A stretch of 64,000 nucleotides of DNA from Candidatus Bathyarchaeota archaeon (GTDB taxonomy: Archaea; Thermoproteota; Bathyarchaeia; Bathyarchaeales; Bathycorpusculaceae), in the NCBI GenBank assembly GCA_963770935.1, contig CAVYRJ010000005.1, forward strand, positions 1-64,000, in the 5' to 3' direction. A program made the position numbers and the translations under genes. Each line of letters begins with the position of its first letter. The stretch's first letter is position 1. Positions 11,233 through 20,860 of this stretch are shown piece after piece. Under the pieces are notes generated by a model. The model was not told the DNA's origin and did no database searches. It saw nothing but the letters and a program-made list of their open reading frames with translations.

Positions 11233-11865
11233 ATGATACCTGTTCTTAATGTTAATTGGCAAAGCCCCTCAGCCGAATGCAGCCTTAGCGAACGCGATGC
11301 TGACGTGTTGGCGCTGATCGAAAACGAAAACTTAGCCACTTTTACATTTGACGGGCTTAAACGCAGAACAGGGCTCCATTCAGAAACGCTCTCACGAATC
11401 CTTAGTCGCCTCGAAGAAGAAGGCATTATTAAAAAGGAACATACTGGCTATCGTGTAACACCCAAGATAACTGAACTCAAACTTCAAGTGCCAAGAAAAG
11501 AAAATCCCACAACACCCCTAATGCAAACTTACCTTCCATCAGACCTTATGACTCAGCAACTCATCCTCAACCTTAAAGGCAAATGGTTTGGTTCCCTACG
11601 CTGGTTTGGCATCTCCGAAAACAACCATGGTGTCACATTGAAGTGGATCACCGAAGACGGTGCAATCCAGATAGCTGCAAACATCCAAGGCTCCGCTCTA
11701 AACATTGAAGCCAAATTCTTAACCAGCAACAACTTAAACTTGGCACTGAAAGCCTCTTACCAGCTGATGTCACTTATCGGCAAACTTGCCATAACCTCGC
11801 AAGCCACGAGCCAGGCCATGGCAAGAAACGTCGGCTACTTCGGCGGTTTCATGATGCCCACCTAA
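11233..11865 (+). CDS. Winged-helix DNA-binding protein
   Basis: FDGLKRRTGLHSETLSRILSRLEEEGII wHTH pattern. Confidence 0.7.
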   Translation: MIPVLNVNWQSPSAECSLSERDADVLALIENENLATFTFDGLKRRTGLHSETLSRILSRLEEEGIIKKEHTGYRVTPKITELKLQVPRKENPTTPLMQTYLPSDLMTQQLILNLKGKWFGSLRWFGISENNHGVTLKWITEDGAIQIAANIQGSALNIEAKFLTSNNLNLALKASYQLMSLIGKLAITSQATSQAMARNVGYFGGFMMPT

Positions 11866-11941
11866 TTTTGTGACCGACTTTTAGTGTTCCTTAGTCAACA
11901 AATACCATTTTGACCATTATTCATTTGGAGAGAAAAACCAA

Positions 11942-12874
11942 ATGAGTCAACCAACTAACCCGTTAGACGTCTTAAAATCTCTGTCAGAAGCAACCAGCTT
12001 GCTAATCAAGAAAATCTCGCAGTCGGTGGTGAGCATTAAAGCACAGATGTCAAGGGGCACCGGTGTCGTTTTAACAAAAGATGGCTACATAATCACCTGC
12101 AACCACGTATTGCAAGGGTGCGGCGCTGTCAAAATCGGGCAAGGAGAAAAAACCTTCAACGCAAAAATCGTCGGCAGTGACCCATACAACGACGTAGCAT
12201 TAATCAAGGCAGAGCAAGGGGAATTTACACCCATTGAAATGGGAGATTCAGAAAAACTAAGCGTAGGCCAATACGTTTTGGCATTAGCTAATCCGTTTAA
12301 CCGAAATCAGCCAACAGCAACCAGCGGCATGGTCACCAGCGTTAACAGCACAATCCGAGGCTGGCGAGGTGCAACTACAATGGAGAACATCATAGCAACC
12401 GACGCACAGTTGAACCCAGGGTTTAGCGGTGGACCACTTATCGACGTCCAAGGCAGGCTAATAGGCATAAACACCGCTTATGTTTGGCAAAGAGGCATCG
12501 CCATACCTGTAAACAAGGTAAAAGGCATCGCTGACCGCTTAATGACTGGAAGAGTAGCGCAAAGAGGATATCTCGGCATAGTCGCCAACACCGTCGCAAT
12601 CCCTGAGGAAATCGCTGAAGCAGCAGGGCTTGAGCAGGAGACAGGTGTTATGATCTTTAGCGTCGAAGCAGGTTCACCCGCACGCAAAGCAGGCTTAGCC
12701 ATGGGCGATGTCCTTGTCAAATTAAACGGCAAACCTGTCACCGAATTCTACGACCTACCAAGAATGCTAAGCGAAGACGTAATTGGAAAAGAAACCAAAC
12801 TGACTATCATCCGGCGAGAAAGCCTAATCGAAACAACCATAATCCCAACAATTCACGGAGGCGAAGAAGACTGA
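11942..12874 (+). CDS. HtrA/DegP-type S1C serine protease with PDZ domain, no signal peptide seen
   Basis: TCNHV, DVALIK and NPGFSGGPL triad motifs; C-terminal PDZ (GYLGI...SPARKAGL). Confidence 0.92.
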   Translation: MSQPTNPLDVLKSLSEATSLLIKKISQSVVSIKAQMSRGTGVVLTKDGYIITCNHVLQGCGAVKIGQGEKTFNAKIVGSDPYNDVALIKAEQGEFTPIEMGDSEKLSVGQYVLALANPFNRNQPTATSGMVTSVNSTIRGWRGATTMENIIATDAQLNPGFSGGPLIDVQGRLIGINTAYVWQRGIAIPVNKVKGIADRLMTGRVAQRGYLGIVANTVAIPEEIAEAAGLEQETGVMIFSVEAGSPARKAGLAMGDVLVKLNGKPVTEFYDLPRMLSEDVIGKETKLTIIRRESLIETTIIPTIHGGEED

Positions 12875-12882
12875 TAAGCAAA

Positions 12883-13020
12883 ATGCCATTGGAAATTGAC
12901 CCGCCATCACCAATGCCGTCACCGCCACTACGCAGACACCCCTCACCAATGCCACAAATGAGCTTTTTCCCAAGAGAGAACCCATCGGTAAGACTATTTA
13001 CAGACGAATATTGGAACTAA
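12883..13020 (+). CDS. Putative 45-aa Pro-rich small protein
   Basis: ATG 8 nt after the protease stop; open to TAA at 13020; followed by a T-rich tract. Confidence 0.35.
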   Translation: MPLEIDPPSPMPSPPLRRHPSPMPQMSFFPRENPSVRLFTDEYWN

Positions 13021-13092
13021 AAAACCACTTTTCTTTTTTTCATTTTGTTATCGTTGTGTGTTTAGCATTATAGTTTGTTTAGACTAGCTCTC

Positions 13093-13247
13093 CAATCAAC
13101 AACAATTAACATGAAAAAAATTCCTACAACTACAACCAAACAACCCCAAACCACGAACCGACAAAAAACCAGGCTCAAAACACAACCGCCCAGAAAATTC
13201 GCACACAATAGTGTGACCAACAGCAACCAGAAAGAAGAAAAAAACTA
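13093..13247 (+). repeat. C/A-rich dispersed repeat, copy 1
   Basis: Aligns by eye with 16488-16640 (core AACATGAAAAA...ACAAC.ACAA..AAACAA.CCCCAAACCAC). Confidence 0.5.
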
Positions 13248-13338
13248 CGACTATAACCAGATGACAATGTGGTGATTACTTTGTTTTCTATTCTCTAAAA
13301 TAATAACTTATAAGCACATTCAAACTACTACATGTTTA

Positions 13339-13761
13339 GTGATTTATATGCATGCTTGGTTAGGCTTACTCGCTGGAATACTGGTAGTTGCAGGAGGATT
13401 GCTTATTTTCTCAGCCAGCATAGGCATAGCTACCTATGGCTTAACTCTCCAAATAGCGGGCGCCATAGCTATCATACTTCTTCTTGCTGCAGGTATTTCG
13501 GCTTGGCTATTCTACGTCGGCGTCAAAGCCCAACACAAACGTGTGAAAACGGGTAAAGAAGCCCTAATCGGCGCCAAAGGTGTCGCAACTACAGAACTAA
13601 AACCCAAAGGAGAAGTCCGCGTGTTAGGCGAATTCTGGCAAGCCATCGCCAAAGATACAACCATTGCTAACGGTCAGGCTATTGAAGTGGTGTGTTTAGA
13701 AGGTATGTTTCTCGTTGTGAAACCAACTGAGGAAAAGCTTAACTCTCCAGAGTGCCAATAG
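13339..13761 (+). CDS. NfeD-family membrane protein (short form)
   Basis: Two TM helices, then TGKEALIG...GEVRVLGEFWQA OB-fold; adjacent to an SPFH gene. Confidence 0.88.
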   Translation: MIYMHAWLGLLAGILVVAGGLLIFSASIGIATYGLTLQIAGAIAIILLLAAGISAWLFYVGVKAQHKRVKTGKEALIGAKGVATTELKPKGEVRVLGEFWQAIAKDTTIANGQAIEVVCLEGMFLVVKPTEEKLNSPECQ

Positions 13762-14645
13762 CCTATTTGAGGGTAAATTTAATGGTTGATGTTCTAACTC
13801 CAGTCTTAGCGTTTGTAGCTATTTTGGTTGCATTGTTCTTCTTAAGTGGTATTCGTGTGCTCAAGGAATGGGAACGCATGCCCGTTTTACGTTTGGGACG
13901 ATACATGGGTTTGAGGGGTCCTGGGCTCGTCTATCTTGTTCCTTTGATTGATAGGTCACCGATTAGAATCTCAACAAGACTTGACACCATTCAGTTCCGC
14001 ACAGAATCAACCCTGACCAAAGACAACGTGCCGGTAAACGTTGACTCAGTTCTATACATGAAACCTGTGGATTTAGAAAAGGCGGTACTGCAGGTGGAAA
14101 ATTACTACCAAGCCACCCAATTAGCTTCACAAACCACCTTGAGAGAAGTTATCGGAAAAGTCAGCTTGAACGAGTTACTTGCTGAACGAGAAAAAGTAGG
14201 AGCACACCTGCGCGAAATCATCGATGAGAAAACCGAGTCATGGGGAATAAAAGCAACAGCAGTCGAAGTTCGAGACGTCATAATCCCAAGTAACCTGCAA
14301 GACGCTATGAGCCGCCAAGCACAGGCTGAACGGGAACGCATTGCAAGAGTAACTTTAGCAACAGCTGAGTTCGAAGCATCAGCAAAAATGATTGAAGCGG
14401 CAAAAATGTATGAATCCAGCGAACAAGGTTTACGTTTAAGATGGATGAACATCCTCTATGAGCTCGGCCAACAAGCGGGAACAAACACCATAATGCTGGT
14501 TCCTTCATCTATGCCTGAAGCAGGTTGGCCACCTGTTGGAACATACGGGTTCAAAGAATTGCCAAAAGGTCAACCAATAGAGAAGCCTGCAAAGAAAACA
14601 ACCCCCACAACTGAACCACAGCTGCCTGAGGAACCGCAAGAATAA
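13752..14645 (+). CDS. SPFH/stomatin-like (slipin) protein
   Basis: LTKDNVPVNVD, SQTTLREVIG, AMSRQAQAERER; true start may be the ATG at ~13782. Confidence 0.92.
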   Translation: MPIAYLRVNLMVDVLTPVLAFVAILVALFFLSGIRVLKEWERMPVLRLGRYMGLRGPGLVYLVPLIDRSPIRISTRLDTIQFRTESTLTKDNVPVNVDSVLYMKPVDLEKAVLQVENYYQATQLASQTTLREVIGKVSLNELLAEREKVGAHLREIIDEKTESWGIKATAVEVRDVIIPSNLQDAMSRQAQAERERIARVTLATAEFEASAKMIEAAKMYESSEQGLRLRWMNILYELGQQAGTNTIMLVPSSMPEAGWPPVGTYGFKELPKGQPIEKPAKKTTPTTEPQLPEEPQE

Positions 14646-14649
14646 CTTG

Positions 14650-15672
14650 CTAAGCGGTTTTTACTGCTTCAACGGTGCGCTTCAAAATTAATTGAGCTAC
14701 TTCCTGGTTTGGCCAGCTGCCTAAACCGCAGTCAGGACCCGTAAAAGTCATCCGTTCCCCATACTTTTCTTTGGCAATACGATACCTATTTCGTATTGTA
14801 TCAACTGAGTCGACTAACTGTTCGTTGGATGGTTTGACTATGCCTTTCTCGTAGAGTTCCGCAAAAATACTATCGATGTCGGTTCTTGAGACTCCAACCC
14901 TAATCTGCTTGTCCGCACGCTCAAGCATGCTTTTTGGGACTGATTCAATGTTCTTTGGGGAAGCAGCATATTCAAAGGACAGTACATTTAGGCCTTTTAC
15001 GGTCAGTAAGTCATGTATTCCTGAAGCAAAATGTAGGTGAATTTGTTTTATTGGTCCTTGAAAATCATAGGCTTTTTCAAGTGTTTCACGGATCAATTCA
15101 GGTGTAGCTGAAAGGTTGGTGTGGCCAAGGCTGGGTTCATCGATGGATATTGCCTTGGTTTCAATATACTTGTTGTTTAGAATAGAGTTTTTTGCGAAGC
15201 GATTTATGGTTTGGGCAAACCCGTCGAGCACGTCAGGGAAGGCTGTGGTTCCAACTTCAGCTAAATATTGCTCGATTGGTCCAAAAATTGAAACACGCAA
15301 CTGGATTTTCTTGCCGAATTCTTCACTGAGATGTTTGGCTTCTTGGTTTAGGACGTAGATTTCTGGGAGAAACGCCTTTTCTTGGTCGACAACAAAGGAG
15401 CCTTTTTCCATGGCAGCATGAATTGCGTCGCCAACTTGTTTGATTCCGTTGTAATGTTGAGGAAAATTTACTATATCTAAGTCTGCAGCCAGTTTTTTCC
15501 TAAATGAATCAAGCACAACTTTGTAGAAATTTTCTTTCAGAAAGTCATCTTTGGCTATGTCCTTGCCTTCAAGGATTGCTTCTCTTGCAAGCTCATACGC
15601 ACTACCGTAGATTTCTCTTTTTATCCCTGATGGTAACGGGAAACTGCCGATATCATCAACTAAAGTGTCCAT
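14650..15672 (-). CDS. Folate-independent core methionine synthase-like protein (MesC-like, MetE catalytic barrel only)
   Basis: DDIGSFPLP start, SIDEPSLG, QIHLH, GPDCGLG; 340 aa. Confidence 0.7.
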   Translation of the reverse strand: MDTLVDDIGSFPLPSGIKREIYGSAYELAREAILEGKDIAKDDFLKENFYKVVLDSFRKKLAADLDIVNFPQHYNGIKQVGDAIHAAMEKGSFVVDQEKAFLPEIYVLNQEAKHLSEEFGKKIQLRVSIFGPIEQYLAEVGTTAFPDVLDGFAQTINRFAKNSILNNKYIETKAISIDEPSLGHTNLSATPELIRETLEKAYDFQGPIKQIHLHFASGIHDLLTVKGLNVLSFEYAASPKNIESVPKSMLERADKQIRVGVSRTDIDSIFAELYEKGIVKPSNEQLVDSVDTIRNRYRIAKEKYGERMTFTGPDCGLGSWPNQEVAQLILKRTVEAVKTA

Positions 15673-15744
15673 AAAGTATTACTGACTGGCTAAATTCTAT
15701 TAAAGCTATATCCTACCAACAAACGCTGAAAGGTATGAACTGCC

Positions 15745-16176
15745 ATGTCTGACTGTATATTCTGCCAGATAATCCGCAAAGAAGCGCCTGCAAGCATAGT
15801 GTACGAGGATGAGCAGGTGATTGCTTTTTTGAGTAAACACCCCGTAAACGAGGCTCACACGCTTGTTGTTCCAAAAAAGCATTGGGAGAACATTTATGAG
15901 ATTTCAGAGGAAAATGCCGCTTACCTGTTCAGAATAGTTAAGCGAGTTGCGCATGCGGTTAAGGATTCAACCGGCGCTGAAGGCATAAGGATTGTGCAGA
16001 ATAATGGGGAAGCGGCTGGACAGGTGGTTTTTCATTTGCATGTGCATGTTATTCCTATGGCGCCAAATGATGGCTTCATTCACGGCAAGGCCTTTCGTGA
16101 CCATACGAACTCACGGGATTCAGAGGAACTGCAGAAAGATGCAGAAAAATTAATGCAGCATCTTAAGAACCAATAA
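15745..16176 (+). CDS. HIT-family nucleotide hydrolase
   Basis: CIFC...HTLVVPKKH...HLHVHVIP. Confidence 0.95.
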   Translation: MSDCIFCQIIRKEAPASIVYEDEQVIAFLSKHPVNEAHTLVVPKKHWENIYEISEENAAYLFRIVKRVAHAVKDSTGAEGIRIVQNNGEAAGQVVFHLHVHVIPMAPNDGFIHGKAFRDHTNSRDSEELQKDAEKLMQHLKNQ

Positions 16177-16487
16177 ACCTCTTGGTATTAAATTGGTGAA
16201 TAATGGTAACCTGCAGTAACTCATCCTGGTGTAAATCTTAATTAGCTCGTGGTGCCGAAACTAGAACACTGACCTTCCAAGCCATTATAGCCATACTGCA
16301 CCCTTTTTTAGCACCCTGCAAGAAATCCAAAGCCCAAACGACAAACTATTTAAGACAAACTCGGCGTTTTTTGCAAAATTCAACTGCTTTTCTTCTTTCA
16401 GAAAGAAAGTTCTTTTAGGTTTCATTGCTACAATTAAAGGGTGGCATGCTGCAACCATGATGGAAAATCGCTTCCACAACCTATCGC

Positions 16488-16640
16488 CAACCAACCACAA
16501 GCAACATGAAAAACACTCTGCACAACCACAATTAAACAAACCCCAAACCACAACCCAAACACAAAAAGCAACCCAAAAAACAACCTAAAAAATGCGAAAA
16601 CAACATTTCTTCTCATATCAGACAACAGCCTAAAAAAACT
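16488..16640 (+). repeat. C/A-rich dispersed repeat, copy 2
   Basis: Aligns by eye with 13093-13247. Confidence 0.5.
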
Positions 16641-16819
16641 AACTGCAGAAGTGATAGAGGAAAACGTCTATTCATATGATGGGCAGGTCATATTTGCAGA
16701 AAATATGTATATTGGAATGGGTAAAATAGTATGCTTAAAATTAAGGATACTTTAGTCACCTATAATTGTTGGAGCAATAAGGGTTCTTTTAAGAATAAAC
16801 TAGGCACACCTATAAAAGG

Positions 16820-17191
16820 GTGAAAAACAATCATTGCCTATTCACAAGCGGAATAAACATGACTGAACAACCAAACGAGCAAAACAGCCAACCCCAAATC
16901 CAGAAACTTTTAATCGACAACCCCGAGAGTTTTCAGTTCCATGCTGCATACATTGTTTATGAAGAGGCGTTTGACAAGTCAAGTGATGTTGAATCTAAAG
17001 AGGAACTGAACCAGAACATTGAAGATTTAAAAGAAAACAAAATCGATGTGGGAACATTCTACGCAAACATTTCTCGTTTCAGAAAAATAGATGTTCCCCG
17101 CCAAGAAAGGTTCTCCATGCAGACCCAGCGAAAAAAAGATTGGCGCAAAAAAACGCAGCGACAAGATAGAATCAAAAGGCACAAGAAGTAG
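16820..17191 (+). CDS. Hypothetical protein with acidic core and basic C-terminus
   Basis: Protein-like ORF; likely start is the ATG at ~16859. Confidence 0.6.
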   Translation: MKNNHCLFTSGINMTEQPNEQNSQPQIQKLLIDNPESFQFHAAYIVYEEAFDKSSDVESKEELNQNIEDLKENKIDVGTFYANISRFRKIDVPRQERFSMQTQRKKDWRKKTQRQDRIKRHKK

Positions 17192-17338
17192 TCAAGTAAA
17201 TTCCATCCTTATTCTTCCATTTGTTCTTCATTAGGTCAGTCTAAGCTAGGATTTCTTTAATGATAAAAGTATAAACATGTTTAAACAGTTCATAGGGAAG
17301 TTTTATCTATAAAAGAGAACTCTCAACAGCTTCAAACA

Positions 17339-18127
17339 TTGGATAACAAGGAAGCAAAAGTTGAGATGCCCCAATTAAAAGCCTTTAGCATAGCGATAAT
17401 AGCTCTATGTGCTGCCCTATACGCAGTCGTAGGTTACCTTACGAGTTTCAACCTTAGTTTTGGTGGAGTTGCTTTTTGGCCTGCCGCATTCGTCCCGGCA
17501 ATTTTTGCCGTCTTATTTGGGAAATGGGAAGGCGGCATCGGTGCAGCGCTGGGTATATTCGTTCGAGACGTATTTGTCACTGGACAGCCATTGCTTAGTT
17601 TAACCGCTGGAGTTACCTCAAATTTTGTAATGTTCTTCTTGATAGGTTATTTTGCGCACAAAAAACTGGACCGAAAACAAACCTTAGTTAGTTTAGTAAT
17701 TGTCGCCGGAGTTATCCTCACTGGGCTATTATTGCCAACTGTGTTTCTTCCAGCAGAATCCCAAGTTTTCACTGGATTATCAACAGAAACAATGGTTATC
17801 CTCTTTAGCGTCGTTATGGGTGTATCCTTCGCTCTGTTTGTTGGAATCGCAAAATACTGGAAAGAATTCCAAAGCTTTGGCATCGGCGCAATCGTCGGTC
17901 AGGCAATCGGCGCAATGATTGTGGCAATCGGCGTATGGACATACAGCCAACTGTTCTATGCACCCGACGGCTATTTTACATCACCCCTATCAGCATCCTT
18001 TACAACCCTAATCTTTGTCTGGACGTTTGTAACTGAAATTCCCTTTGTGCTGCTGGTTTCGCCACCGGTCGTAAAAGCATGTCAAGCTGCATTCCCGTTC
18101 CTTAAGCAAAACAAAATCCCCGAGTAA
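17339..18127 (+). CDS. ECF-type S-component-like membrane protein
   Basis: About 7 TM helices; IALCAALYAV...FWPAAFVPAIFAVLFG..GGIGAALG pattern of S components. Confidence 0.6.
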   Translation: MDNKEAKVEMPQLKAFSIAIIALCAALYAVVGYLTSFNLSFGGVAFWPAAFVPAIFAVLFGKWEGGIGAALGIFVRDVFVTGQPLLSLTAGVTSNFVMFFLIGYFAHKKLDRKQTLVSLVIVAGVILTGLLLPTVFLPAESQVFTGLSTETMVILFSVVMGVSFALFVGIAKYWKEFQSFGIGAIVGQAIGAMIVAIGVWTYSQLFYAPDGYFTSPLSASFTTLIFVWTFVTEIPFVLLVSPPVVKACQAAFPFLKQNKIPE

Positions 18128-18139
18128 AGGCGCGATCAA

Positions 18140-19081
18140 ATGCCCAAAAAAATCGCTAAAGCCTTTGCGCCAGCGGCTATCTCCAGTTTCTTCCAAATCC
18201 ACGACACCGAAAACGGCAAACCGATCACTGATTTGGAAAAAATAGGTGCAATCGGTGGAGGTTTTGGGCTTGAAAAGGGAGTCAAATACCACAAGTAACT
18301 GCTAAAGAAGCGGAAAAAAACAGCATCAAAGTTTTCATTAATTCCAAACCCGCCGCGGAAGCAAAAACCACAAGGCAAGTAATAGAAACGCTTCTGGGTA
18401 AAACAAGTGCAAAATACGCTGTCACGGTTGAACATCAGATCGAAGTGCCCATCGGAGCAGGGTTTTGGGACAAGTGCGGGTGGAGCATTAACCGCAGGAT
18501 TAGCGCTCAGAGAAGCATTAGCGTTGCCGTTAACGTACAATCAGATTGGCAAAATAGCGCACGTTGCCGAGATCCAGTGCCAAACGGGCTTGGGCACAGT
18601 GAGTTCTTTGACTTTTAGCGGCGGCTGCGTGCTTGTCGTAGAACCAGGTGCACCAGGAATTTGCCAAATTGACCGCATACCATTAACACCTGACTACATG
18701 GTTGTAGCAGGCTTTTACAAATCAGACATCCCCAAAAAAACGGTTCTATCGTCACCGAGAAAAAAGCAGGAGATAAACCGCTACGGCAAAAAAACCTTGG
18801 ACGCAATCCTTGCTGAGCCTAGCTTGGAGAATTTTCTTGAATGCTGCTGGGAATTCTCTCAAAAGGCAGGTTTTGCAACCGAAAACACCCGCAAGCTCGT
18901 TAGGTTGGCAAAGAAGGCTGGTGCAGTGGGTGCAGCTCAAAACATGATTGGGGAAGCAGTGCATGCTGTGGTACATGAAGAGAACGCTGACGCGGTGGCA
19001 GAAGCTTTTAAGCAAGCCCTGCCTTCCCAGCAAGTGATAGTTAGCAGAATTGATTTCCAAGGCGCTAGGCTGGTAAAATGA
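18140..19081 (+). CDS. Pantoate kinase, GHMP family (frameshifted)
   Basis: AFAPAAISSFF, GAIGGGFGL, P.GAGFGTSAGGAL, TGLGTV and AQNMIGEAV across several frames. Confidence 0.85.
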
Positions 19082-19561
19082 AAAAATTCAAGAAAGTTGC
19101 GGTCGGCGGAACCTTTGATGAACTCCACAGTGGTCACAAAGCACTAATTAACAAAGCATTTGAAGTCGGCGACAAAGTTGTTATTGGCTTATCTTCTGAC
19201 GAATTTGTTTTTAAAATGGGCAAACCCCACATAACTGCACCATACACTGAAAGATGTGAAGAACTCGAAGGTTACTTGAAAGAATTAGGTTTAGCTGAAA
19301 GGGCGGAAATAGTGCCTTTGAACGACCCGTTTGGCTTAACTATTTCAGGTAAAGGCTTGGAAGCTTTAGTTGTAAGCCAAGAAACTGAGCAAACGGCGCG
19401 AAAAAATCAATGAAAGACGACAGCATTCAAGGCTTACGCCCCTTGAAATAGTTACAGTGAACATGGTTCCAGCAGAAAACAGTACCCCAATTTCTACAAC
19501 GCGAATTCGCAGTGGGGAAATCGACCGCAAAGGACACATGTTGAAGAGCGCTCAAAAATAA
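19078..19561 (+). CDS. coaD: Archaeal phosphopantetheine adenylyltransferase (frameshifted near 19405)
   Basis: VGGTFDELHSGH, LVVSQET, then ISTTRIRSGEID in another frame. Confidence 0.88.
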
Positions 19562-19574
19562 CTTCTTTTTCCTG

Positions 19575-20513
19575 TTAGAGTATTTCTCCTATTACACAGA
19601 TCGGTTTAGGAATTAAAGAAGTTAAATCTTCAAGATTCTCCTTGCTAATAGTAGCAAAAACCACGGTTGCGGGACCAGCTGACTTATTCAAATCCAAACC
19701 CTGCGCTTCGCAGAGTTTGAGTTGCCTGCCAACGCCATACGCCATCATTCTCGCTTCACTGGCAATTCCAAACCCTCCAACAGGCCAAATATCATGAACG
19801 TACTTTTTCTGTGAGAGTTGGGTTACGTTTTTTAAGTCTGCAATTTCGCCTCTCGCTTCCGCTGCGATGACTTCGTCTCCGACTTTTGGTTTGCCGATTG
19901 CAACAATTAAGTCGCCGGGGCATGTTTTTCCAAGCCTAAGCTCGTCTTCATTTACAAATCCAACCACAGTTAATCCAACGCCAGTTTGCACGGTTTCAAA
20001 ATTGTCCTCTGTGTTCTCCATCAACACTTGGTTTGGGTCAAGACCAAGACTTTTAGCTTCATGCCTAATTCCCTCAAGTATTGCATTGCCCGTGGGCTCT
20101 TTCTCCACGCCCAACGTAACTGATAAAAGAACGGGAAATGCGCCTGTTGCGGTAACATCCATCAATGCAACCCTTGCCAAGAACTTTCCCAGCACTCGTC
20201 CATTTACTTTGACTTTGTCCATTTCTTTAGGCCCAACAGCGCCACTTGAGGTTGACCCAGCTACGATGGCGTGTCCTGTGGGAACTTTTAGGATTGAGAC
20301 GTCGCCTCTTCTTGTATAGGTTATTTGGGCTGGTTTTACCTGGAAAATTATTGGTCTTAGCATTGTGCCGACATTTTCTGTCAGGTGCAAATAGATGGTT
20401 AATGCTTGACGAATGACCTCTGAGCGGGTGAGGTTGTGTTTTTTTGCTAGTTTATCTATGTCTGAAGTTAATTTGTCGGGTAAGCGTACATTTATAATTT
20501 CCATTATAGTCAC
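19575..20513 (-). CDS. Ribbon-helix-helix domain fused to a PurM-like (alpha-ribazole kinase CblS-like) domain
   Basis: N-terminal INVRLPDKL...TRSEVIRQAL; C-terminal GPKEMD, ARVALMDV, EPTG, TEDNF..VQTGVG, KSAGPAT. Confidence 0.75.
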   Translation of the reverse strand: MTIMEIINVRLPDKLTSDIDKLAKKHNLTRSEVIRQALTIYLHLTENVGTMLRPIIFQVKPAQITYTRRGDVSILKVPTGHAIVAGSTSSGAVGPKEMDKVKVNGRVLGKFLARVALMDVTATGAFPVLLSVTLGVEKEPTGNAILEGIRHEAKSLGLDPNQVLMENTEDNFETVQTGVGLTVVGFVNEDELRLGKTCPGDLIVAIGKPKVGDEVIAAEARGEIADLKNVTQLSQKKYVHDIWPVGGFGIASEARMMAYGVGRQLKLCEAQGLDLNKSAGPATVVFATISKENLEDLTSLIPKPICVIGEIL

Positions 20514-20860
20514 TGTATTATACTCGTAATGTGCTTGAATTCTCTTATCCTTTGTCCTGACAAAGCAAAATCAGATTAATTTACACAAATTCATTATTCG
20601 GCTGAAGAGTCTAATGAAACAAACCAATAAGTTTGATGTATTTACTAGATTAATTGAGCCTAAAGGTCTTTGTTAATCTAATGCGTAATCTTAATAAAAT
20701 GTGAAGCCTACCAATCTTTTAGATCATTGAAACCGCCTTTTAACCAACTTATACAGTTAAAAACTCTAAATTGAGCGAGAATTTTTTTTAGTTTGAATAC
20801 TGAGCGAATAAGCACAAGTGTTATATGTATCATACAACTAAAAAATTGGGAGGGTTCAAA

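Noticed and set aside
13075-13275. 66-aa Thr/Lys/Gln-rich ORF, and ORFs at 16285-16625
   Set aside because: By-products of the C/A-rich repeat; frame is not shared between copies
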